From NCBI RefSeq assembly GCF_006345805.1, contig NC_043009.1, forward strand, positions 10,230,001-10,294,000: a stretch of DNA of 64,000 bases, read 5' to 3'. The stretch comes from Octopus sinensis (lineage: Eukaryota). Each line of letters starts with the position of its first letter. Within the stretch, counting starts at the first letter, position 1. A program made the position numbers and the translations under genes. Of the stretch, positions 1 to 14,762 are shown piece after piece. The notes beneath the pieces are model-generated. The model was not told the DNA's origin. It was given only the letters and a program-made list of their open reading frames with translations, and did no database searches.

Positions 1-49
1 CGGAAACGGAAAGAAGCCCGTCGTATATATATATATGTATGTATAGTTA

Positions 50-235
50 GTTACTCCAAACATAAACAAAGAGAATACACAACAATGCGAGGACGTGGAA
101 CAAGTATAGTGTTATTGGACGCTCAGGAAAGGAAAGAAAGAAGGAGGATTTGACGTTTCGAGTGGAGCTCTTTGTCAGAAACACAGAAAAAGGAAAAGTC
201 CAAGGAAGGGAAGACGGAGAAAGAGAATCGCCAAT
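50..235 (-). mobile_element. PLE pseudo-LTR-like fragment carrying a degenerate hammerhead
   Basis: Reverse complement of about 60-200 aligns by eye with 47325-47465 (TTTCTGA..AAGAGCT...CTCGAAACGT.AA..C.CCTT.CTTTC.TTTCC.(T/G)AGCGTC). Sits directly after a (TA)n tract that follows a SINE-B head half at 1-23. Confidence 0.6.
148..182 (-). ncRNA. Degenerate minimal type I hammerhead ribozyme (G8>A, probably inactive)
   Basis: Minus strand: GUUU CUGACAA A GAG-CUCCA-CUC GAAA CG UC^ AAAU. Helix I GUUU/AAAU, helix II GAG/CUC, helix III is the loopless palindrome ACGU; core CUGANGA is mutated to CUGACAA. Confidence 0.55.
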
Positions 236-285
236 GAAACACACGCGGTCACACACACACACACACACACACATATACATATATA

Positions 286-1290
286 CAGGGGTTGGACAAA
301 ATAATGGAAACTCCTTAAAATTTCAAACAAATTTATTTTAATACGGAGTAGGACCGCCTTTGGCAGTAATTACAGCTTCAATTCTCCGAGGTATGGATTC
401 CCACAGTTTGAATTCTTTCCAAAGAAATTATTGTCCATCCTTCAGCTAAAACAGTCTCCAGTTCTTGTAGTGATGATCGTGGAGGATATCGACTCCTTAC
501 TTGTTTTTCTAAAATGCACCATAAATGTCCAATGATGTTGAGATCTGCGGACTGTGGTGACCAGATAAAATGTTCAACTTCACTAGAATGTTCCTCGTGC
601 CGTTCAGTAACAATTTTAGCTATGTGAATTGGTGCATTATCATCCTGAAAGATTGTGTTTCCCTCCGGAAACAGTTTCACAAACATAGGATAAATTTGAT
701 CAGATAAAATTCCTAAATAGTCTTGACTATTAATTCTGCCATGAAAGGAAACCATTGGGCCAGCGGATTTCCAAGATATAGCCCCCTAGATAACCATAGA
801 TCTTCCTCCACGTTTAACAGTTAGAAGAAGGCAGTCTGGGTCAAATACTTCTTTTGGCTGTCTCCACACGTATACTCGGCCGGTGGTTGGAAACAAGGTA
901 AAAGATGACTTGTCCGAGAAAATAACATTCTTTCACTGCTCTAGGGACAAATTCTGTAGGTTTTCACTCCACTCTAAACGCTTTGTAACGTTTGATTTTG
1001 AAAGTGGTAGTCTTCTAATTGCAGCCCACCCGTGAAATCCGGCTTTGTGCAGCTCCCGAATAGTTTTTGCAGTAATTTTGGGAGCTGTACTTTTGTGATC
1101 ATTTCTAACAATTCGCGTAAGAATCCGACGCTCCCTATCTGAAAGATTTGGTTTTCTTCCGGAGTTTTGTTTCGACGAGGTTTTCCCTCTTTCTCAAAGT
1201 CTGTCATTACGTTTGAGATCAGCCGTTTTCGTTACGCTAGCGCCTGCCATACGGGCACCAACAATTTGACCGATAGATCTATAATTTTAA
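286..1290 (-). mobile_element. Tc1-family DNA transposon, decayed transposase, one TIR retained
   Basis: TA + CAGGGGTTGGACAAAATAATGGAAAC terminus at 286. Minus-strand pieces: GQIVGARMAGASVTKTA (HTH), VIFSDKSSF, FQDDNAPIH...WSPQSADLNIIGHLW (DD34E with E>G). Frameshifted; other TIR lost at the (TA)n tract near 1300. Confidence 0.9.
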
Positions 1291-1400
<110 letters not shown>

Positions 1401-1403
1401 TAT

Positions 1404-1503
1404 GTAGTAGTGGCTGTGTGGTAAGTAGTTTGCTTACCAGCCATATAGTTCTGGGTTCAGTCCCATAGCGTAGCACCTTGGGCAGGTGTCTTCTACTATA
1501 GCC
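1404..1503 (+). mobile_element. SINE-B head only (tRNA-derived + CORE-like)
   Basis: GTGGCTGTGTGGTAAGTAG...GGGTTCAGTCCC...GCACCTTGGGCAGGTGTCTTCTACTATAGCC matches the heads of full copies at 41184 and 50706. Confidence 0.75.
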
Positions 1504-1554
1504 TATGTCATCGATCCCGAGGTGTGTTGTGTTTGTGTGTGTGAAAGGTAAATT

Positions 1555-4785
<3,231 letters not shown>

Positions 4786-4791
4786 GTGGAC

Positions 4792-4988
4792 CAGTGGTTC
4801 CCAACTTATGGTCCGCGGAACCCTGGTGGTCCGCAAAACAGTACTGGGGGTCCGTGAACTAAATTCAAAATTTCACACACGCACACACACACACACACAC
4901 ACATATGGACAAGCATATTAAAAGGGGTCCATGGGAAAGCTCATTTAAATAAAAGGCGCTATTGTAGTGAAAAGGTGTGGGACCACGG
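4792..4988. mobile_element. hAT (Charlie-like) MITE
   Basis: Ends CAGTGGTTCCCAAC ... GGTGTGGGACCACGG; 8-bp TSD ATGTGGAC (4784-4791) / ATGTAGAC (4989-4996). Confidence 0.8.
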
Positions 4989-5089
4989 ATGTAGACGATG
5001 ATGATCGTACTAACAATAATGATAGCAATAAGTAAAACAACACACAAAATCAAGAACAACGGTAAATAATTAGAATGAATACTAACGCT

Positions 5090-5480
5090 GACTTCAAATT
5101 TTGGCACAAGGCCAGCAATTTCGAGAATGGGGTTGAGCCGATTAAATCGCTCTCAGTACTCACCCCATACTTATTTTATCGACCTCAAAAGGGATGAAAG
5201 GCAAAGACAACCTCGGCGGAATTTGAACTCAGAACGTAAAGACAGACGAAATACCTATTTCTTTACTACCCACAAGGGGCTAAACACAGAGAGGACAAAC
5301 AAGGACAAACAAACGGATTAAGTCAATTAGATCAACCCCAGTGCGTAACTGGTACTTATTTAATCGACCCCGAAAAGATGAAAGGCAAAGTCATCCTCGG
5401 CGGAATTTGAACTCAGAACGTAACGGTAGACGAAATACCGATAAGCATTTTGGAGAGTGTGCGAACGATTCTGCCGGCTT
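5090..5480 (-). mobile_element. SINE-A composite (head + two B-box units)
   Basis: Two GAATTTGAACTCAGAACG B-box segments joined at GACGAAATAC|CTATTTCTTTAC (about 5254); the left unit has a different tail (GGCACAAGGCCAGCAATTT). Confidence 0.75.
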
Positions 5481-5547
5481 CCCGTTTTATTATAATGTTT
5501 ATATATCGAGTAGGGATGATTGACTGCCATCGCTAGTAGACAGGTAT

Positions 5548-5592
5548 CCAGTACCGATGAAGGGTAAAGACCCAGAGACCATGATCTACTGG
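5548..5592 (+). ncRNA. Degenerate type I hammerhead ribozyme, CCGAUGA variant
   Basis: CCAGUA CCGAUGA A GGGU-AAAG-ACCC A GAGA C CAUG A UC^ UACUGG. Perfect 6-bp helix I and 4-bp helix II; two substitutions away from GAAAC CAUG GUC, whose helix III would be the palindrome ACCAUGGU. Confidence 0.65.
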
Positions 5593-5774
5593 TTTTACCA
5601 AGCTGGAGGGTAGTGAATCGCTCTCTTATTCACAATATATCAGGCACAGGTTATATGTCGTTAACCAGCTTTTAAAGACGTTTTCCTTGGGTTAAAATGT
5701 AGTGACATGGTTCTTTATAGAACAGCCATGTTAGAGTGGCAAAACAAACAAACGTTACCGATAATAATAATCCT

Positions 5775-5980
5775 TTCTACTAAAGGTACCAGGCCTGAAA
5801 TTTTGGGGGAGTGGACTAGTCAATTCCATCGATCCCGGTGTTTCAATTGTACTTATTTTATCAACATCAAAAGAGTGCACAGTAAGGTCTTCTTCAGAAT
5901 TTGAACTCAGAACGTAGGGACGGACGAAATGTCATTGAGTATTTTACCCGGCGTGCTAACGATTTTGCCGGGTTGCCACA
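5775..5980 (-). mobile_element. Older SINE-A-related element
   Basis: GAATTTGAACTCAGAACG...GACGAAATG...CCCGGCGTGCTAACGATT head; tail GGTACCAGGCCTGAAATTTTGGGGG. Confidence 0.65.
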
Positions 5981-6009
5981 TTCAGGATAATAGTAAAAAA
6001 TAAATAAAT

Positions 6010-6264
6010 AAATGTGCCCCTTTTTTTAAAGCCTAACCAGGCTAATGGGCCTGATTTCCCGGTTTCAATGGCGTATGTGTTCCCCAGCTGGATGGGACAC
6101 CAGTCCATCGCAGCGTTACTCATTTTTGCCATGTGAGTGGACTAGAGCAATATGAAATGAAGTGTTTTGTTCAAGAACACAGCGCGTCGCCCGGTCCAGG
6201 AATCGAAACCACAATCTTACGATCATGATGCTGACACCCTAACCACTAAGCCACGCGCCTCCAC
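6010..6264 (-). mobile_element. tRNA-derived SINE (C-type head; V/Meta-domain-like middle and tail)
   Basis: Minus strand GTGGAGGCGCGTGGCTTAGTGGTTAGGGTG...GGTTTCGATTCC...GTGTTCTTGAACAAAACAC...GCGATGGACTGGTGTCCCATCCAGCTGGGG...GAAACCGGGAAATCAGGCCC. Domain names are from recall. Confidence 0.75.
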
Positions 6265-6639
6265 AATGACAATAGTAAGAAGAATAAAAATAAGAATAAT
6301 TGGTAAAGGTCAGCTATAACAGTCCATTTTATTCATTCGTGTGACAGCACTGTTTCTGTCTATCCCCTGCATCCTTATCTTTATTCATCAATTTGGTGAA
6401 GACTAACCCCTGTAACCCCCGGTTGGTTAGGTTGTTGCATAGCTTCCTGTAAGAACCGAGCCAGACGAGGAACGATGGTGGAGGAAGCAAGGTTTTAATG
6501 GCTGATATAGAATGTAAGGAGAATAGAGAAAAGGGGGATAAAGAGGTGAGAGAGTGAAACATAGATTGGTACGTAATGAATAGGCGGGGATTAAGTGTCT
6601 GGAGATGTCCTCTCTGCCTGCACACAGCGCAGATAAACG

Positions 6640-6721
<82 letters not shown>

Positions 6722-7004
6722 GCGTGTGTGTGTGTGTGTGTGTGTGTGGGGGGTGTGGGTGTTGGCGTGTATATAAATAAAGTAATTTTTTATAATTATG
6801 AGTATAATTATAATTAGGGTTCAGCAAAAAACTTGCTTCACTACATACCGAAATTATACTCATAATTTAAAAAAAAAATGTTATTTAATTTTGCCGATAA
6901 TGGTTCTTTTAACATGTCGAAACTACTTGGTAAAATTATTAATAATTAAATTAATTAATTTTTACCCTTTATTATTATTGATATATATATATATTCACAC
7001 ACAC

Positions 7005-7068
<64 letters not shown>

Positions 7069-7079
7069 TATGTATGTAT

Positions 7080-7455
7080 GTGGTTTTCTGGGAAGAAGCT
7101 TGCTTCACAACCACATAGTTCTGGGTTCAGTCCCACTCTATGGCTCCTTGGGCAAGTATTTTCTACTACAGCCTCGTGCCGACCAAAGCCTTGTGAGTGG
7201 ATTTGGTAGACGGAAACTGAAAGAATCCCGTCATATGTTAGACCCCCTCCTCCCACCACCGCTTGACAACGGTGTTTGTGTTTGCGTCGCCCGTCAGTTA
7301 GCAGTTCGGCAAAAAAGAAAAACAAAAAAAAAGCCTTTAAAATAAATACCAGGCTCTAAAACACAGTACTGGGGTCGATTTATTCAGTTGACTGAAAATT
7401 CAAAGCGGTGCCCCAGCATGGCCGCAATCTAATGACTGAAACAAGTAAAAGATAA
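7080..7455 (+). mobile_element. SINE-B, diverged
   Basis: Head GGGTTCAGTCCCAC, GACCAAAGCCTTGTGAGTGGATTTGGTAGACGGAAACTGAAAGAA; tail CCAGCATGGCCGCAATCTAATGACTGAAACAAGTAAAAGA. Confidence 0.8.
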
Positions 7456-7547
7456 GAAATATAGAAAAAAAGATGACGCAGAAAAAAACGATGGCTATGT
7501 TATGAATTTCATAACTCGTGCACACACACGCACACATACACACACAC

Positions 7548-7586
<39 letters not shown>

Positions 7587-8550
7587 TGCACACACACACA
7601 CTCACACGAATACATATGGATAATAAGAGAAAAAAAGTGAAAAACTGCGAACAGTTGAAGATTAAAACATGAGATCAATGACAGACAGACATTTATAGGG
7701 TCGTGGAAAAAAAAAATTAAATTAAAAAAATTATAAGACCAAAATCTGAAAAAATTCACGCAAGAAAAAGTGTTACAAACACCAACAATAGACGTAAAAC
7801 TAAAACAAAAACAGTTTTAAAAAATAACTCAAAACCGAAAACCAAAAGCAGAAGAAAAACGTAACAAAATGTCTATGAAAATAATGGAAGAAAATGTCAG
7901 ATCTATTTCTGTGCTGGGAATATATTTATAATACGAAATAATATCATAATTATATAATTTTGACAGATTTTAAATAAGTATCATAAATATTATACACACA
8001 TATGCATAAATATAGACAGATGATTTTATATATAGACAAAAACTACACAAGCAGTCGACACAAGCAGACGACACTCAAACAAGCATATACATATACACAC
8101 GCAGACACACAGATTCGCACACACACGTACACACTTATATGTATATATATATATATCCACATATAAGTATATACGTATGTATGTATTTATTTATATATAT
8201 GTATGAATGTATGTTTTGTGTGAGTAAATTAAAGGTTAGGTTATTTTTTAAAGAACATAATTTTTCTAATTTAAGATCGAAAAATTAACTGTTATTCAAA
8301 GAACGACATTCAAACAATGTAACTGCTACTGTGTGTGTGTGTGTGTGGGGGGGGTACTACGTATTGTCTCAATGCAGTTTGTGTTTAGTTCTCCTTCAGA
8401 TTATATGTAAATGTAAAGAAAGACAAAATGGAGACTTCCTGGAGACACTGTCGCAGGATGTGTGACGAAAGATTTCAGACAAAGGGCACTAAAATAAGAA
8501 AAACAATGATGCTGAAGCGAAGAACAGGCATATAGCACATGTGGTTAATT

Positions 8551-8595
<45 letters not shown>

Positions 8596-8597
<2 letters not shown>

Positions 8598-9075
8598 CGT
8601 ACTGAGATAAATACCAGGGCTATTTTAGAACATTTACAGACAGGTCTTACAGATGTTTCCAGGATATTTATTTTATCCCTTCATCGGAGACGGTATGAGA
8701 GGATGGTTAAATAATAGTTAATTTAGATAAGATACAAAATAGAGAGTGAGGTGGTGGAAAGAAAATAGATGTGAGATGTGTATTGATATTGTATTTGTAG
8801 ATCCATTTTTTTAGGCAGAATGGTATACATATAAGATTCCAATACCTTATGAGTAAAATCCAATAGTATTTAAAATTATTCATTCCAAGTATAGGGTTTA
8901 TACGCAGTGCTATTGAATCAAGGGTTTTATTTAAAGTGACCTAAAAATAGGGAGTATATTAGTTGTGAAAACAGGAAGAGAAGAATAAAGAGAAAAAGAA
9001 GTGAAAAAAGCGAAAAATGAGAGAAGGAGAAGAAAGTAAGAAAATAATAAATAATAGTTATATTTGGGTATGGTC

Positions 9076-9076
<1 letters not shown>
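8596..9076 (-). mobile_element. (TA)n-flanked solo PLE pseudo-LTR / retrozyme-like unit with hammerhead
   Basis: About 480 bp between TA tracts at 8555-8595 and 9077-9128; contains the HHR at 8644-8691, and its flanks (CTCTCA.ACCGTCT...GTAAGACCT..TGTCT.TAAATG.TCT) match 29131-29230. Confidence 0.6.
8644..8691 (-). ncRNA. Type I hammerhead ribozyme, CCGAUGA variant
   Basis: Minus strand GUCU CCGAUGA A GGGAUA-AAAUAAA-UAUCCU G GAAA C AUCU G UA^ AGAC. Helix I 4 bp, helix II 6 bp, helix III ACAUCUGU (one change from the palindrome ACAGCUGU of the 29141 copy). Confidence 0.75.
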
Positions 9077-9129
<53 letters not shown>

Positions 9130-9794
9130 CTATACCCAAATATAACTGTTTTAACATACGATTTCGCATCAGGAATCTTGCAAAACGAAAAGGTATGAAT
9201 TTTAATCAAGCATCAAGAGGACGGATTGAATCTGCCAACCAAAGTAAGTCACGGCAAGAATGATCTCGAAACGCAAAGAGCCGGAACAAATGATACCCCT
9301 GTATCATTTCGTCAGTTTACAAGGGTACCAGTTGATCCGATCAACGGAACAGCCTGCTCGTGAAATTAAAAGGAAAGATCACTTCTGCACAGAAGCAAAT
9401 AACTGACGAGTTGCTACCGAGACCAACAATATATTGAGGAGGCTAAAAGTTTAGTTCAATTAACTACGAAAGGAAACGCACACACCACACAGCAAAAGTA
9501 ATTGTTTGCACACCCACCTAGGAAGTGAGAGATATGTATGCTTGTTGAATTAATTTTCCGATCTAAATTCGATATTTAGAAAATTCTTCTTTTCACTTTA
9601 TATCCTCCTGAAAATACAGCACTGAATAAACGCACGTATCATAAGGTTGAAACGGATCATCTCTTTTCTTTTTTCATAGTGTGTGTATCTAAAACCCGGA
9701 TCGCCTGTGCGACTCAGACAGAACAAAACTTCATACAATGTCTTTTCGTTGGAAAGCATCGGATTTTTTGTGTAATTGAAGTATGTTATATATA

Positions 9795-10045
9795 AACTAG
9801 CTGGCTCCGTGTCGTCAAAAATGTCGGCTAATTGTAGTATTTTATATATAAATAAGGTACAAAATAATCTCAGATACAAACATTCACATACTTCCCTTGT
9901 ACACGAACACACATACACACATATACTTACACAGAGTTGAAACACTGTTTGATTTTCTTTTCAGTGTTGAATGTTCATCATCCCACTTCTATTGCACACA
10001 ACACACACGCTCACACACACACACACACGCTCACACACACACACG

Positions 10046-10096
<51 letters not shown>

Positions 10097-10341
10097 AAAC
10101 ACACACACACAAACACACACACGCATATACGCACACACAAACATTCACATGACCCCCTTTTACATACACACACATATACTAACTTAGAGTTGAAACGCTG
10201 TTTGATTTTTTCACCGTAGAACTTCCATCGTCCCACTACTAAGTTTGCCATCACCCCTTCCTTCCTTATTCATCAATTACCCCTTCCTTTCTCAATCATA
10301 TGTTGTGACGGAAAAAACACAAGAGTATTATTATAGTAGAT
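9795..10341 (+). mobile_element. Possible non-autonomous Helentron/DINE-like element with internal (CA)n
   Basis: Begins ATAAACTAGCTGGCTCCG, ends AAGAGTATTATTATAGTAGAT; internal about 55-bp imperfect direct repeats (AGAGTTGAAAC.CTGTTTGATTTT) at about 9934 and 10186 flank a CA tract. Termini resemble HINE/DINE ends from recall only. Confidence 0.4.
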
Positions 10342-10419
10342 GATAATGATAGGAAATCAGTTGTACTTTCTTCTTCGATGCTACGTCGTTTGTCTTGGTT
10401 ATATTTCATTGTTTGCTAG

Positions 10420-11860
10420 TAACTTGGCCGCCCATCCGTGATGCTGATTCCGAATCCGCAATCATTTTTGCTCTAGTACGTCACGTTTTTGCACTATCGT
10501 TATTCTACTGTTATCAAAATTACAATTATGTGAACATTCATGACAAATAAAATTAATGTTATGTTAAGCGTAAATTATCGTTATTTGGTATAAGAACAAT
10601 AGCAACTTGGAGCACAAGTAGCTCTGAAATCTTAAAGTGAATATTATTAATTTTATGCTTTTCAAAAATAGTTTTGGCGACTTCTTTTGCGCTTATGTTG
10701 CATGTCCGTTTCTCGTTTTTTTTAAAAAAAAACAGCAGTTGTCTGTCAACATGCTTGGTGTCAGTCTGCCACTGTAGCGGCTATCTAGCTCTTTGATTTC
10801 TTGATGAAATCATTCACCATGCTCATCGCTTACATCATGCATATTGGGTGGAAAAAAGTCAAGATGTGAGTGGAGAAAAGGAAATTTTAGAGACATTCTT
10901 GCCCCAAGTTGCTTATAAGCTTTCAAAAAATCATTCACAACTGCAACATAGACAATTTTTCATTTCCCAAAATCATTTTTACAAGAGAAGCAAACTTTTC
11001 CTAAGCAGTTTTCTCTTAATTTTTCTTGAAAAAGCTCATCACAAAGTAGTGTGTGAATTTCTGGTCCATTAAAAACACCAGCTTTGATCTTGGGTTCACT
11101 CTTGCTAGAAACAAATTTTTCACTGAGATATTTGAATCCTCCACAGTCTTCATTCATGGCCTTAACAAAATTCTTAAACAAGCCAAGTTTAATGTGTAAG
11201 GAAGGAAGGTAAATTTTCTGAATGTCAACTAAAGGGATATATTTAATTTAACGTTGTATCTCCCTGGAGTGAAATCACTTCACTTTGGCCCCTCTTTTTG
11301 ATCATAGTGATGCTTGTCATCTCTGCTGTTCCAAAGGCACGAAAAGCACTGATGCTTTGTATACTCCATTTGCAACCCAAGAAGCAAACCAATAACTTTC
11401 AAATCTCCGCATATATTCCACTTGTGCTCAGAATGTTTAATCAAGTGCAAGATTTTATCCATTGATTCATAAGTTTCCTTTAATCCTACAGCATGTGTTA
11501 ATGGTATTGAAGGTTTTTTGATTGACTTCATGCAGCAAAACAGCTCTTAGGCTTACTTTTTTTTCTTTTGCTTTTTCTTTCAGCATTACGAGTGGTATTT
11601 GAAAGAATTTTCGACTGATTTTTAAGGCAGATCGAATAATTGCGAGAGGTAACTTACTCTGCTCTGCCCGTAAACTTGTTGGAAAAGTCACTCCAATAAT
11701 TCCATTCAACAATGCCTATATACAAGATCAATAAATTACATGTGTATTTTAAAGGATTTAGAATGGGTTACCATAAAATATTTTCTACAGATGATCCAGT
11801 ACTGCACTATTTGGGCGCACATTTCTGATGTTTTGCAGCATCTGTTACTTAGATTCAATG
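10420..11860 (-). mobile_element. Chapaev3-like (CMC) DNA transposon remnant
   Basis: Minus-strand motifs KWNICGDLKVIGLLLGLQMEYTKHQCFSCLWNSRD, LPSLHIKLGLFKNFVKAM...GVFNGPEI, SDEHGE*FHQEIKELDSRYSG...MLTD; subterminal GATTCGGAATCAGCA. Many stops and frameshifts. Family name from recalled motif pattern. Confidence 0.7.
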
Positions 11861-11862
11861 TA

Positions 11863-13119
11863 TTGGGCCATTCCAAAAATAATGCGGCTTTTTAATTGCA
11901 TGAACTAAAAGTCGGAGGGAGATGGGATAAACTACGCGCATTAACTTGCTATAAAAGCAGGTAGTAATTTTACGTTATCCTTATTCTTAGTGCATGTTTT
12001 GAAGAGTGCAGTTCGATTTTAACAGTTATGTTTTCAAAGCTATAATGGATATTCAGCATATTTTGCTTTATGAGTTCAATAAAGGTAATAATGCAATGAA
12101 AAGTGCGAGGAATATTAATGCAGTATATGGGGATCGGACAATAAGTGTAAGCCAGTGTCAAAGGTGGTTCCAGAAATTCCGAGTCGGAAAGTACAGCCTA
12201 GAAGATGAGCATAGTCCTAGAAGAGAAGATCTGTGGAGCTCGACGAGGAAGTCCTACAAACCTGGTGGAAAAAAATCCAATTGTAACTGTTGAGGAACTA
12301 GCAGAGAAGCTTGGATTTGGTCATTCACCCGTTAATCGACACCTGCGGGCCACTGAAAAAGTCAACAAATTGGGTCACTGGGTTCCTCACAAACTTTCCG
12401 AGTCTAATCGCGCGTGTGCACTTCTTAGCTGTCACGCCTCATGAATGAACCATTTTTGGACCGAATAGTGACTGGTGACGAGAAATGTGTTCTCTATACA
12501 ATTGTCAAGCACTGAAGATAGTGGGTAGAGAAAAGAAAAACACTGGCACACCAGGCTAAAGATCTTCACCCGCGTAAGATGTTATCTGTTTGGAGGGATA
12601 TGAAAGGTTTAGTCCACTTTGAACTTTTAAACCCAAACCAAGCGATAACAAAGGAGATCTACTGCTAGAAGCTTGAGTGGCTTAAGTGAGCGCTAGAAGA
12701 AAAACAACTACCATTGGTTTCAAGACGAAAGGTGTTCTTCCATCAGGATAATGCTCAGCTACATACAGCGAGGATGACATTCCAAAGACTGGAACAGTTT
12801 GAATTGGAAACAATGTCCCAACCAGCATATCCGCCAGACATTGTCACCATTTGATTATCATTTATTCGCAGTTTTCAAAAGCATTTCGACAGGAAAAAAT
12901 ATGAATTCTGAAGACGAGGTCAGCACATCACTGGAGGAGTATTTTTTGTCACGGACAAGTGAATTTTGGAAGAGGGGCCTTGCAAGTCTAGCAGATAAAT
13001 GGAAGAGCATTGTAGAAAATGAAGGAGAGTATATTTTACATTAAAAAAGAACTTTGTTTATCTTAAAAATAAAAATATAAGAAGTATGAGAAAACCGCAT
13101 GATTTATGGGATGACCCAA
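11863..13119 (+). mobile_element. Full-length mariner (DD34D) element with decayed transposase
   Basis: TIRs TTGGGCCATTCCAAAAATAATGCGG / CCGCATGATTTATGGGATGACCCAA, TA on both sides (11861-62, 13120-21), 1257 bp. Motifs LLYEFNKG..A..SARNINAVYG, HWVPHKL, IVTGDEK, HQDNAQLH, FDYHLF. Confidence 0.93.
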
Positions 13120-13154
13120 TATTTTAAGATTCTTGTGGGCTTTTTCATTCATCC

Positions 13155-13186
<32 letters not shown>

Positions 13187-13335
13187 ATCTATCTATTGTC
13201 TGTCTGTCTGTTTGTCTGTCTTTCTGAAGCTCTGTCTCTTTCTCACTCACTCTTTCCTCCTCTCTCTCTCTATATATACATGCATACACACATGCATACA
13301 TACATATATACATGCATACATACGAACATACATTC

Positions 13336-13366
<31 letters not shown>

Positions 13367-13839
13367 TATATATATATATGTTTTTACATACATGTATCTA
13401 CATACATGTATCTACATACATATATATATTATATATATATATATATGTGTGTGTGCAAGTGTATGAGTATATGTATGTGTGTGTGAACGTGTGTGTAGAT
13501 CTGAACTCTTCATACTTGTAATAACCAATTACACTCATTAAAGCCTGAATTATTGAGAGTTAAATAAACGCAATCCCTTGCAATCCAGTACATTGTGAGT
13601 GACAAGGTGGCTAACTTCTCTCCGGCGGTTACGCAGGCGGCTAATCGATTCAGCCAATTCTATCTAGATCCTTCGTATCGGAATCGCATGTTTCTTCGTA
13701 CTAATACGCTAGGAATTTCTGGAAGGGATTCTGGACCCGAAAATGTTTGGTTAAAACTAATTCCATATTCAAATATAACCGAACTCTTTGAATTTAATTG
13801 TTGAGCTTCCAATAGAAATTAGTTTTTATTATATCTGTT

Positions 13840-14061
13840 TTATTTTTTATCTTCATTCACTTGTTTCAGTCACTGGACTGCGGCCATGCTGGGTCACTGC
13901 CTTGAAATGTTTAGTCAAACAAACCCCGCTCTCTCCTCTACTTCGGTTTTTAAAGGTATGGTAGTGGTTCTAGTGGTCTCGTTTGCAGAACTGCTAAGTT
14001 ATGAGGACGTAAACAAACAAACACCGGTTGGTAAGCGGTGGAACAGGGGCAACACAAAGAT

Positions 14062-14139
<78 letters not shown>

Positions 14140-14305
14140 CATTTATACGACGAACTTCCATTCAGTTTCTGTCTATCAAATTCACTCATAAAGCATTGGC
14201 TGACCTGGGGCTATAGTAGCTGACACTTGCCCAAGAGACCGTGCAGCAGAACTGAACCCGAAACTATGTGGCTGTAAAGTGAGCTACTTTACCATACGGC
14301 CATTC
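13840..14305 (-). mobile_element. SINE-B, diverged, internal (CA)n
   Basis: Reverse-complement tail CTTGTTTCAGTCACTGGACTGCGGCCATGCTGG and head GACACTTGCCCAAG...CTGAACCCG. Confidence 0.8.
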
Positions 14306-14348
14306 TCTTATAAAGAACAACAACAACAACAAATGTAAGAAATAACTA

Positions 14349-14762
14349 GTGGTAAGTAGCTTGTTTACCAGCCACATGGTTCCAGGTTCAGTCCCACTGT
14401 GTGGCACCTTGGGCAAGTGTCTTCTACTATAGCCTCGGGCCGACCAAAGCCTTGTGAGAGGATTTGGTAGACGGAAACTAAAAGAAGCCCATCGTATATA
14501 TGTATATATATATATGCGTGTGTGTGTTTGTGTGTCTGTGTTTGTGTGTCTGTGTTTGTCCCCCTAGCATTACTTGACAACCGATGCTGGTGTGTTTATG
14601 TCCCCGTCACTTAGCGGTTCGGCAAAAGAGACCGATAAAATAAGCACTGGGCTTACAAAAGAATAAGTCCCGGGGTCGGGTTGCTCGATTAAAGGCGGTG
14701 CGGCAGCATGGCCGCAGTCAAATGACTGAAACAAGTAAAAGAGTAAAAGAGTAAAAGAGTAA
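14349..14762 (+). mobile_element. SINE-B
   Basis: Head (slightly 5'-truncated), internal (TA)/(TG), tail ending in GTAAAAGA repeats. Confidence 0.9.
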
